A stretch of 64,000 nt of DNA from a virus (taxonomy: Duplodnaviria > Caudoviricetes): positions 14,690 to 78,689 of IMG/VR virus record IMGVR_UViG_3300020037_003306. One strand, 5' to 3'. Positions 55,266 to 64,000 of the stretch are shown one piece after another. The notes beneath the pieces are model-generated. The model did not search any database. It was not told the DNA's origin and saw only the letters and a list, made by a program, of their open reading frames with translations. The first letter of the stretch is position 1; the number at the start of each line of letters is the position of its first letter. The position numbers were made by a program, and so were the translations under genes.

Positions 55266-57827
55266 ATGGCTAAAATATTTAATGACCTTGCTTACGGTCA
55301 ATTTGTTCCTACCTATGCTGGAATGCCTTTAGAGGCTGCTGAAAAAACTGCTGAAGTTCTTGACACTAGATTTAGAGAAAATAAAGATGTTCAAGACCAA
55401 TTAGAAATTATGATTGATAATTTGAATGTACGTGACCAAAATCGTCCTCATGTTCAAGCTGCTCTCGAAAGAGCTAAAGGTCAATTGGCAGAAATTAAAC
55501 AGAATGGTGATTGGGAAAATGCTGGATTTAAAGTCAAAGCTGCTGCAAAAGAATTTGCAATGGATAAAGGAGTTCAAGGTGCTCTTCAAGATAAAGCTCA
55601 ATACGACGCTTATTCTAAAGATTTAGATGAGCGTATGAAAACTGAAAAGATTGATGGTGTAACTTACCAAAATGCCAAAGCTTATGCTGCAAAAATGAAT
55701 CAGAAACAAGTTGAATATGACCCTGTTACTGGTTCTTATAAAAACATTTTCTCTGGTTATATTCCTCAAAATTCTCCTGATATTCAAAAAGCAATGTTTG
55801 AAATGGGCGAAAAATGGAAAGCTAGTGAAGCTCCTCTTAACATTGAATATGTTAATAAAGCAGGTGTTAAAACAAACAGTGAAGTTAAGTACGACCCTCA
55901 ATTAAAAGGTTATAAAATTGTTGGTACTAACGAAGTCATGTCTGAAAGTGAATTGCAAAGTGGTTTAAGACAAGCCGTTCTTGCGAATCCAAAATACGCT
56001 GGTTATTTACGTGAAAGTTTAATGTTTGAAAAAGGTCTTAAATTTGGTAATCCTGATGGTGGTAGTATTATCACGATAGAAGATATTTTTTCTAATGACC
56101 CTGCTAAAGGAGCTTTAATTACAATGTCAGAAGCTGATGCTCGTAAAGCTATAACTGAACTTGGTTATGATTACGATGAAGTCGCTAACGACCCTGCAAT
56201 GGTTGAAGGTTTATATAATCAAATCAGTTTAAATAAATCCATTGACGGTTACGTAAATCCTGCTGCTTCTGCGTACTCTTATTCTAAAGAAAAACATAAT
56301 TATCTTACTGACCATGTTCTTTTGCAATCAATGAAAGATGCTAATGATATACGTCTTCAAAATATGAGAGATAATGCTGCAATGGCTCGTCAACGTGATG
56401 CTCAAAGTTTTCAATTGAAAACTACTGTACCTGTAACAACAATGAATCAAAGTGCTGTTACTCCTAGCAATGGATTTAGTAGTAAAGTTATGGTTGACGC
56501 ACTTACAGATACTAAATCGAGATTAGCTAAAGCTAAAGCTGAACTTGAGAAAAACAAAGCTAGTAATGGTACAGACGGAGGAGATGCTGCTGAAATTACA
56601 AAACGTATTGCTGACCTTGAGTTTCAAGCTAAAACTCAAGAAAATACTCTTAACGGTTATAAAAAAGCTTATCTTGAAAGTCCTGAAGGACAGTCTTATT
56701 TTGATAAACATTATTCTAATTTTAAAAAAGCGCATCCTACTTCAAATATTAGTCGTGAAGCTTTTGAGAAAAAAGTTCTTGCAGGGAATAACGATATGAG
56801 TGGTCGTACTTATAAAGCAGGTACTACAAATTCTCCTTTAGGTATAAAAGGCGGTCGTAGTAGTTTTCCTACTACTACTGACACTCCTGAATCTGCCGCT
56901 AATTTTTACATGAATAATCTTAACGCTGATTTAACTTCAAATATTGATACTTACGTTAAAAATAATACACCTGCTAGTTGGACTGGACAAGTTCTTGAAA
57001 GTTCTGACCCTAAATCTATTGTTAATAGACAAAATACGACACTTACTAATCAAGTGATGGCAAATAGAACTAATTATAAAACTGGCGGTGGATTGCAACT
57101 TCAAGAACTTATTGATTCTGCGACTACAAGTGCAGGAGATGATGGTATAAGTGTTCGTGTTACTATGTCTAGTGCCGACCAAAATGGTCAATTTCCGCAT
57201 CATATTACTATTGTAAATAAAAAGACTGGTCAAACTATCAGTGAAGACCATATTTTTAGTCCTAGTAATGGAGTTGCAGAACGAAGAGCAGTTGGTATTG
57301 GTTTGATGCGTGAATATTCACATGACCCTAATAGTGCTTTTTACAAACAAGGTAATTATATGGCTGCTAGTGCAGAATATCCTGCGTGGAAGAATGATGA
57401 TATTCTTGGACAGTTATCGACTGTCACTGATAGAGATGAAGCTGGAGCTTCTGTTACGTCTGAAACTTTTCAAGCTGGAGTTAGTGCAAATGGTGTACCT
57501 CTACTTGTTAAAGCTCAAAAAAATAGAGAAAAATATACAGATAAAGATGGTGTTGTTTTAGGTACTAATACTGTAATGCGACTTATTATAGTTGACCCTG
57601 ACACTCCTACTGACCCTAATGCTCCTGGTTATATTGATTATAATAATCTAAAAGCTACTGATACTATTAGAACTTTATATCAACCTGATGGTAGTACAGA
57701 TGTTTTTAAAAGTATGGATGATATGAAGGTGGCTCTTTATAATCTACAAAATCCAAATCCTATTGCCGCTAATACTCAAGTAACAGGATACAGTCAAAGT
57801 TCTTCTAGCAGTACACCTGTTAAATAA
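55266..57827 (+). CDS. Cargo (ejection) protein 2-like
   Basis: 853 aa; FVPTYAGMPLE N-terminus and helical region; between cargo 1 and the giant ORF. Confidence 0.6.
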   Translation: MAKIFNDLAYGQFVPTYAGMPLEAAEKTAEVLDTRFRENKDVQDQLEIMIDNLNVRDQNRPHVQAALERAKGQLAEIKQNGDWENAGFKVKAAAKEFAMDKGVQGALQDKAQYDAYSKDLDERMKTEKIDGVTYQNAKAYAAKMNQKQVEYDPVTGSYKNIFSGYIPQNSPDIQKAMFEMGEKWKASEAPLNIEYVNKAGVKTNSEVKYDPQLKGYKIVGTNEVMSESELQSGLRQAVLANPKYAGYLRESLMFEKGLKFGNPDGGSIITIEDIFSNDPAKGALITMSEADARKAITELGYDYDEVANDPAMVEGLYNQISLNKSIDGYVNPAASAYSYSKEKHNYLTDHVLLQSMKDANDIRLQNMRDNAAMARQRDAQSFQLKTTVPVTTMNQSAVTPSNGFSSKVMVDALTDTKSRLAKAKAELEKNKASNGTDGGDAAEITKRIADLEFQAKTQENTLNGYKKAYLESPEGQSYFDKHYSNFKKAHPTSNISREAFEKKVLAGNNDMSGRTYKAGTTNSPLGIKGGRSSFPTTTDTPESAANFYMNNLNADLTSNIDTYVKNNTPASWTGQVLESSDPKSIVNRQNTTLTNQVMANRTNYKTGGGLQLQELIDSATTSAGDDGISVRVTMSSADQNGQFPHHITIVNKKTGQTISEDHIFSPSNGVAERRAVGIGLMREYSHDPNSAFYKQGNYMAASAEYPAWKNDDILGQLSTVTDRDEAGASVTSETFQAGVSANGVPLLVKAQKNREKYTDKDGVVLGTNTVMRLIIVDPDTPTDPNAPGYIDYNNLKATDTIRTLYQPDGSTDVFKSMDDMKVALYNLQNPNPIAANTQVTGYSQSSSSSTPVK

Positions 57828-57878
57828 CTTGTATCCGAGGATAATAACTTATTATTTAATCTCTTTAATGTTTTTCTT

Positions 57879-60800
57879 ATGTCTGGTCCAAAGCATATAC
57901 CTTTTGATAATAATCTTAAAGGTAAACAGTCTGCCAATACTACTAATTCTAAACCTGTTCATATTCCTTTAACTTCAGATTTTGCTGCAACTCCTGATGC
58001 AAATTCTGAATTTAAAATGCTACCTACGCTTGATGACAATCGTCAAAAAAGTTATGTTGACCCTACTAAATATAGTCCTTATATAAAAACAGGTGTCATG
58101 GATAATGACCTTCTTGATATTGCTCGTGCGAGGTCGCAAAGTAAAGGAGAGAAATTTCTTGGCTTTTTAAATCAATCTATTCTAGGTGAAATTATTGGAG
58201 GTTCAATTGGTGCTATTGGTGCAACTTTAGATATTCCCGATGCTATTTATTCTAAAATTACTGGAGGTAATGTCGATTTTAGTAATTGGATGACAGGACT
58301 TGGTGATAAAATTCGTGAAACTTCTGAAGAGATGACACCTATTTATGAACGTAATCCTACTGGTTCTTTTCAATTTGGAGATTTTGCTTGGTGGATGAAT
58401 AGAGGTAAATCTGTTGTTTCTACTATATCTATGTTAGTTCCTGCACTTGCAACTACGAAAGGACTTTCTATGCTTGGTAAAGCTGGAGAAGCTCTTGCAG
58501 GTACGAGTAAATTAAAAGGAACTGCTCTTGGTAAAGTACTTGGCGCACCTAATAAAATTGCAGGAGATGCTAGAGAATTAGCTAAACTTGGAGTTAATGC
58601 AACTGTAATGCGTAACGCTGAGAATATGAAAGAAGCTTTTACTACTTATCAAGAAGGGTATGGAGCTGCGCAAGAAGCTTTTCGTGATGATGCTAAATAC
58701 GAAGAATTTCTACAAACAGAACAAGGAAAAGAATTTGCTGCAAATCATGATACTTCTGATAGAGAAATGGCTGCTCAATTTCTAGCTTCTAAAGCTGGTT
58801 GGAAAACTTATCAAGTTAATAGTGCTAATATTGTATTTGATTTGATACAAGCGTCTGCACTTATGAAACCTATTTTTACTGGCGCTCACGCTACAACAAG
58901 AGGTGCAAGAAGAAATGCTGCTTTAACTAACGTTATTAAACCTACTAATAACTCCGCTATTAAAGCTTGGCGTAATACTTCTCCATTCCTCGGTGCTATT
59001 ATGCGTCAAAGCACAGAAGGTATTGAAGAAATGGTCAACCATATTGGCGGAAAAGAAGGTAGTCATTATATCAAAACAATACTTGAAGGTGATGACGGTA
59101 CTGATTTTGCAGATAGACTTGCAGAATACAGTAAAGACCCTGCTATGTGGGAGAGTGGAATGTGGGGTGTAGCTGGTGGTATGGTATTTGAAGGTGTTGG
59201 AAAACTAATGAAAGGTGATTCTGATACTAAATTAAATAGCGCATTATTACAACAAGCTGCTACTCGTAAAACACAGCTTTCTGACCATGCTAAATTTATT
59301 GCAAATACTCAAAATCTAGTAGATGCAAATAAACTTACACAAGACGAAGCTAATAGAAAGATAGGGCAAGCTAAAGCTGCTCTTGCTTCTGAAATGACTT
59401 TAAATGCTATCGCTACACAATCTGTTGACGCACTTCTTGACCAACTTGATAACGGCGATTTTGCAGAAGCTGTTAGAGCTTCAATGCCTAAAGATGAAGC
59501 AAAAGAAATGGGGGATACTGCTGTTCAAAAGGCTGTTGAAAATCTAAAGAACGATATTCTTCAAACAGAGCGTATTTACAAAGAAGCTGCTAAAAATGTT
59601 GAAAGTAGAGATATTCCTGAAGATGTAAAATTCCGTCTTGCAACTAATCAAACTACACGTCAATTTCAGATTGAAAAATTTCACGCAGCTAATCAGGAAA
59701 TTAATGCTAAAATTGCTAAAATTCAAACGCAAGATGTTAATTATATAACTAATTTATCATCTGCTTCTGATATTTATTTAGATTTGAAAGCTGCTGAGGA
59801 TTATCTTAAAGACCAACAAGAAGCTCTTGACGCTTTTAATAAAGGTCAAATTAAAGAACAATTTGATAAGAAAACTGTTGAACATTCTATCAAAGAACTT
59901 CCTGCAGCAATTCAAAAATTAAAAGACCAACTTACTGAACTTGAAACAAGTGGTGTAGGTAAAGGACTTTCTAACCCTGAACTTGACGCTGTAAATAAAG
60001 ATGCTCATACTTTACGTAAAGAATCTTGGAATAATAAATATACTATTGACCTTCAACAGAAAGAACTTTCTCATTTAAAAACTGAAGCTGGTGCAAAAGA
60101 ATATGCTGCAAAAGTTGAAGAGATTAAAACTAAAGTTGAAGAAATTGATAAACGTAATAAATTAAAAGATTACACTGATTCAATTGATAAAACTATTAGT
60201 GCAGGTAATATTGATGCTGCCATTACTGAATTGGAAAGTGAACTGAAAACTCAAACTGGAGTTGAAGAGAAAAAGTATGTTCAAAAGAAACTAAAAGAGC
60301 TTAAAGATAAGAAAGATTTTTTAGCTAAAACTCAGGTTGAAGAAGAAACTGAAACTGTAGATGGTACTGAAGAAACGGAAGGTGAAATTCCTCAAACTCC
60401 TGAAACTAAATCTACAATTCAAGTAACTGATGAACAAGTTAAAAAAGAACTTGGAGCTGCTCTTTTTAGCGCATTAGAAAAAGCTATTAATAAAATTCTA
60501 ACAAGTGGAGATTCTAAAGAGAAAATTACCAAAGATTTAGAAGCTCGTAAGAATGGTATTAAATTAAAAGATAAACCCCTTGCTCAAGCTTATATTCAAG
60601 CTAAAATTGACGCTGTTAATCAAGTATCAAATGATACTCAATTGACTGAATATCAAGGTATTAAAGTTGGCAATATCTATACACTTAAAGGTGTAACTTA
60701 CGAAGTTACTAAAATTGTCGATAATGGTACTGAAGTTAAAATCATTACTATTAAAGATGGTACTAAAAGTTCTAGTCTAAAAGCTGCCCAAGTGCTGGGC

Positions 60801-63800
60801 AAACTTAGTACGGGCGAAATGAAACTTCTTAACACTGAAACAACTACTCAAATTGATACTGATGTATTAGTAAAACATTTAGAAGATATGCAAAGTCTTC
60901 CTAATGATGCTGATTATCATTTATTCAATTTTGTAAATAATCTTGCTAATAAGTTAGGAGTCGAAGTTCCTGCTGAAATTATTGAGTTAATTAATTTGAT
61001 TGATAATACTTACGGTATTACAGTTGCAGTTAATCCTAAAGCTAATGAATTTCCAGCAGGCTTTAACCCTGCTAATAATCGCATTACGTTTTATCCTAGT
61101 GTAATTAAAGGGCTTAATCTCGATTCTGATTTCCTCTTTAGAGAAATTATTGGACATGAACTTATCCATGCTTTACTAACTAATAAATATCCTCATAATA
61201 CTGCTGAAAGAACAGCCTTTGAAAATTGGCTAAAAGGTAAAATTACTGCTAATAAAGATTTATTAACTGATAAAGTTTTTAAACCTATTCTTGACGGCAA
61301 TCCCGAAGAGTTACTTACCTACGCTTTAACTAATCCTAAAGTATGGGAACAATTACCTATTGAATTACAAACCGTAATTGAAGATTTTGTTGAAAATATC
61401 ATGCCTGAATTAGATGGACTTCTTGAGATTGTCAAAACAGCTCAATACCAAGAACAAAATCCTACTAATGAAACGCAAGAGAATACTGAATTACCTGTTA
61501 AAATTACCGACCCTGCTCGTCTTCGTGCAAAAGAATATAACCTTGATTTAGATGCAATTGAAGGTACTGGTAAAAATGGAACTATTACTTTAACCGATGT
61601 TCAAAATTTCATTAAAACTAATAATATTACTTTGCTTGACGAAATTCCAACTGAATCATTAACTTCTAACAATGAAGTTGCAGAAGGAAGTAATAATATC
61701 TTTTTAAGTTTCCTTGACTTAGGTATTAAAGATGGAGTTGTAGATGTCAATCACTATAAAGAGCAAGTTAGAAAACGTGGTTGGAGAGTACCTGATATTA
61801 CGCAAGAGGAACTCGAAGAAGCTATTATTGCAACTACTACTGGAGAAATAAATACAGGTTCAACTCTTGAGTTAGTTCCTGAAGGAAGAGGTATTGCTAT
61901 TAAAACACGTAAAGGTATTACTATTGGTTGGTTAAATGATATTGATAGATTGCGTGAAGAGTATAAATATGCACTCGCTCTTAGTAAAATGACAATGGAC
62001 GAGCTTACAGCTGAAAAGAAGAAGTACGAAAAAAGTTTTTATACTTATCATAATCGTCTTATTAAATGGAGAATGAGTGAGTTCTACGCTAATAATACTA
62101 ATAAACCTTTTGCTACTGCTATTGAAACATTAAAAAATCAAGGTGTTTCAGCGAAAGCGATTATTGAAACTATTAAGAATACACTTGCTCGTGACCCTAA
62201 TGCTAAGTTTTACACTCAAGTTACTCGTAAAACATCAGGTAATTTATTGCAAGACGATAAGCAACAAAGTTTAGATAGCGTATTTCCTGAACTTGATGAA
62301 ATATTTATAGCTCCATCAACAACTCAAGCTGGTCATAAATCTAGTATCCTTGTATCTTCTAAAGATTCTACAATAGAGTTCCAAAGAATTTCTGAGAATG
62401 AGTATATGAATCATGATAATGAATATTACGCTGGAACTGTTTATATTATGGTTCCTGGTGCAAATGCAATTGAAGGTAATATTTCAACTTATATTCCTGT
62501 ACCATGTTCTGTTAATAATGTTAATGAAGAAACTGCCAATAAAATCACTGATTTAATTGGTAAGCTTGCTAATGTTATGATGGAACTTCATGCTTCAAAA
62601 ACTGATAGTTTTAATATTCTAGTTAATGAGCGAGTGTCTGCACTTCGCAATGAGATTAACGATTATATTAACGTTACAAAAGCTAACTCTACTAATGAAG
62701 ATTATTTCAAAGTTTATAGCGATAGCATTAAATTTTCTTATGGGAAAGGTCTTGTTGCTAGCATTTACTTTAAAAATGAACAGAAAGAATCTGTTATAAA
62801 TTTAGTTCTAACTGACCCTTCTAAAAAAGATGCTAAAGGTAAAGATTTGATTATTAAACAACCTAACTTTAAAGGTGCAGAAGTAAGTGCGTTAAATGCA
62901 ATGACAGATGGTAATAAACCTGTCTTTCGTGCTAAATTGAATGAGTTGCTACAAACGAAACGTCATAATGTCAATTTTAAGAAATTAAAATCTGACGAAG
63001 AATACCGTAAGCATTTGTTTAAAAATGTTATTACTACTGATGTTAAAACTGTTAAAACTCCTGATGGTAAAGATTTAAAAAACGGAAAAAATCGTGTTCC
63101 GTCGGTAACTTCCAAAGGTGCAAAAAAAGACAAAAATAGTAGCTTGGTGCTTAGTATTTCCAGCAAATTAGGCGTGAAAAGTTCTGTGCTTACTTCTAAT
63201 ACATCTACGCAAAAACAAGGGCAGGAAACTAAAGTAAATGAGCCGAAACCAAGCCAAACAACGACAAAAGTTGAGCTTGCTAATGGTGATATGCAAATTG
63301 TTGCTGATGCTTTATTTGAAAAGGGAACTGTTACGCTTTCTACCAAAAAAGAAGCTGACGATTTGAAGAAAGCTGTTAGAAAGCAATTAGCTCAAGGTGA
63401 AGTTATTGATATTAAGAAAATTGATGATAATAATTTTGAAGTAAGTATCATTTCTAATAATAGCGGCATCGCCCGTACTAAAGTTGTTTCGGGAATTGTA
63501 CAAACTGATGAAGCTATTAACGTTGAAAATGCTAAAGCTTGGTGGGCTAAAACATTTGGAGAAAATGTTGAACTTGACATGAACGTTACAGGTATTCTAC
63601 TTATCAACGGAGTTGAAGCTTGGGGTGTTTTTCAAGATGCTATGGCTAAAATTAGTACAAGTGCTATAAAAGGAACTGAATATCACGAGGCTTTTCACGT
63701 TGTTTTTTGGTTATATAATAATGAAGAGCAGAGAGCTGCACTCCTTGAAGAAGCTAGAAGTCGCTATGGTAACATCGGTAATGTTGCTTTAGAGGAAAAT

Positions 63801-64000
63801 CTTGCTGACGAGTTTATGGATTATATGCTTAAAGGTGGTAAAACTTCTCGTGTTGAAAAAGGTTCTAAAACTGAAGGCTTCTTTGCTAAAATCTATAATT
63901 GGATTAAAAGTTTCTTTAGTAAACCTATTCCAAAGAGTTTAACTGAAGACTTGTATGATAAAATTGATAGCGGTACGTTCAATTATAAACCTGATGAAGC
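57879..64000 (+). CDS. Partial giant virion cargo polyprotein (>2040 aa; TM segments, two zincin HExxH motifs, PSBD-like domain)
   Basis: ATG 57879 (MSGPKHIPF). Not in the ORF track, which implies no in-frame stop before the window end. Gly-rich TM segments, STEGIEEMVN motif, HELIH at 61155-61169, HEAFH at 63684-63698. Confidence 0.8.
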   Translation, partial: MSGPKHIPFDNNLKGKQSANTTNSKPVHIPLTSDFAATPDANSEFKMLPTLDDNRQKSYVDPTKYSPYIKTGVMDNDLLDIARARSQSKGEKFLGFLNQSILGEIIGGSIGAIGATLDIPDAIYSKITGGNVDFSNWMTGLGDKIRETSEEMTPIYERNPTGSFQFGDFAWWMNRGKSVVSTISMLVPALATTKGLSMLGKAGEALAGTSKLKGTALGKVLGAPNKIAGDARELAKLGVNATVMRNAENMKEAFTTYQEGYGAAQEAFRDDAKYEEFLQTEQGKEFAANHDTSDREMAAQFLASKAGWKTYQVNSANIVFDLIQASALMKPIFTGAHATTRGARRNAALTNVIKPTNNSAIKAWRNTSPFLGAIMRQSTEGIEEMVNHIGGKEGSHYIKTILEGDDGTDFADRLAEYSKDPAMWESGMWGVAGGMVFEGVGKLMKGDSDTKLNSALLQQAATRKTQLSDHAKFIANTQNLVDANKLTQDEANRKIGQAKAALASEMTLNAIATQSVDALLDQLDNGDFAEAVRASMPKDEAKEMGDTAVQKAVENLKNDILQTERIYKEAAKNVESRDIPEDVKFRLATNQTTRQFQIEKFHAANQEINAKIAKIQTQDVNYITNLSSASDIYLDLKAAEDYLKDQQEALDAFNKGQIKEQFDKKTVEHSIKELPAAIQKLKDQLTELETSGVGKGLSNPELDAVNKDAHTLRKESWNNKYTIDLQQKELSHLKTEAGAKEYAAKVEEIKTKVEEIDKRNKLKDYTDSIDKTISAGNIDAAITELESELKTQTGVEEKKYVQKKLKELKDKKDFLAKTQVEEETETVDGTEETEGEIPQTPETKSTIQVTDEQVKKELGAALFSALEKAINKILTSGDSKEKITKDLEARKNGIKLKDKPLAQAYIQAKIDAVNQVSNDTQLTEYQGIKVGNIYTLKGVTYEVTKIVDNGTEVKIITIKDGTKSSSLKAAQVLGKLSTGEMKLLNTETTTQIDTDVLVKHLEDMQSLPNDADYHLFNFVNNLANKLGVEVPAEIIELINLIDNTYGITVAVNPKANEFPAGFNPANNRITFYPSVIKGLNLDSDFLFREIIGHELIHALLTNKYPHNTAERTAFENWLKGKITANKDLLTDKVFKPILDGNPEELLTYALTNPKVWEQLPIELQTVIEDFVENIMPELDGLLEIVKTAQYQEQNPTNETQENTELPVKITDPARLRAKEYNLDLDAIEGTGKNGTITLTDVQNFIKTNNITLLDEIPTESLTSNNEVAEGSNNIFLSFLDLGIKDGVVDVNHYKEQVRKRGWRVPDITQEELEEAIIATTTGEINTGSTLELVPEGRGIAIKTRKGITIGWLNDIDRLREEYKYALALSKMTMDELTAEKKKYEKSFYTYHNRLIKWRMSEFYANNTNKPFATAIETLKNQGVSAKAIIETIKNTLARDPNAKFYTQVTRKTSGNLLQDDKQQSLDSVFPELDEIFIAPSTTQAGHKSSILVSSKDSTIEFQRISENEYMNHDNEYYAGTVYIMVPGANAIEGNISTYIPVPCSVNNVNEETANKITDLIGKLANVMMELHASKTDSFNILVNERVSALRNEINDYINVTKANSTNEDYFKVYSDSIKFSYGKGLVASIYFKNEQKESVINLVLTDPSKKDAKGKDLIIKQPNFKGAEVSALNAMTDGNKPVFRAKLNELLQTKRHNVNFKKLKSDEEYRKHLFKNVITTDVKTVKTPDGKDLKNGKNRVPSVTSKGAKKDKNSSLVLSISSKLGVKSSVLTSNTSTQKQGQETKVNEPKPSQTTTKVELANGDMQIVADALFEKGTVTLSTKKEADDLKKAVRKQLAQGEVIDIKKIDDNNFEVSIISNNSGIARTKVVSGIVQTDEAINVENAKAWWAKTFGENVELDMNVTGILLINGVEAWGVFQDAMAKISTSAIKGTEYHEAFHVVFWLYNNEEQRAALLEEARSRYGNIGNVALEENLADEFMDYMLKGGKTSRVEKGSKTEGFFAKIYNWIKSFFSKPIPKSLTEDLYDKIDSGTFNYKPDE

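Noticed and set aside
57879-64000. Calling the giant ORF the virion RNA polymerase
   Set aside because: No DxDxD catalytic motif or recognisable double-psi barrel segment was seen in the portion present; it may lie beyond the window or in another gene.
1-64000. tRNA/tmRNA genes, reverse transcriptase/DGR, toxin-antitoxin or restriction-modification genes
   Set aside because: No cloverleaf with T-loop GTTCRA and CCA context in intergenic space, and no YxDD RT or methyltransferase motifs were recognised. A tRNAscan/ARAGORN run would be needed to exclude them formally.

Overview
A 64-kb segment of an AT-rich, lytic-type crAss-like (Crassvirales-like) podovirus, most likely infecting a Bacteroidota host. 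It decodes cleanly in the standard bacterial code. There are two divergent arms. The leftward arm (1-22454, minus strand) carries a replication module (putative SSB, RecT/ERF-like annealing protein, DnaB helicase, SF2 helicase, family A DNA polymerase, RecD/Dda-like helicase, RepL-like protein), a membrane-anchored lysozyme-fold protein and about 25 small accessory ORFs. The rightward arm (23403 to the window end, plus strand) carries an HU/IHF-like protein, amidase endolysin, PD-(D/E)XK nuclease, TerL, portal, major capsid, ring/tail and muzzle proteins, and cargo proteins. It ends in a >2040-aa ORF that runs off the window and is missing from the ORF track. The most unusual material is non-coding and lies around the strand switch (19.4-24.3 kb): a ~190-bp quasi-palindrome exactly at the switch, two ~200-nt tracts in mirror orientation that are almost G-free on the sense strand, a 20-nt motif repeated three times upstream of leftward genes, a perfect 24-bp hairpin, a cGTAg triloop hairpin and a candidate structured RNA. 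The giant cargo ORF contains two HExxH zincin motifs and a segment that looks like a 2-oxoacid dehydrogenase E3-binding (PSBD) domain. All family assignments are from motif recognition by eye; no database searches were run.
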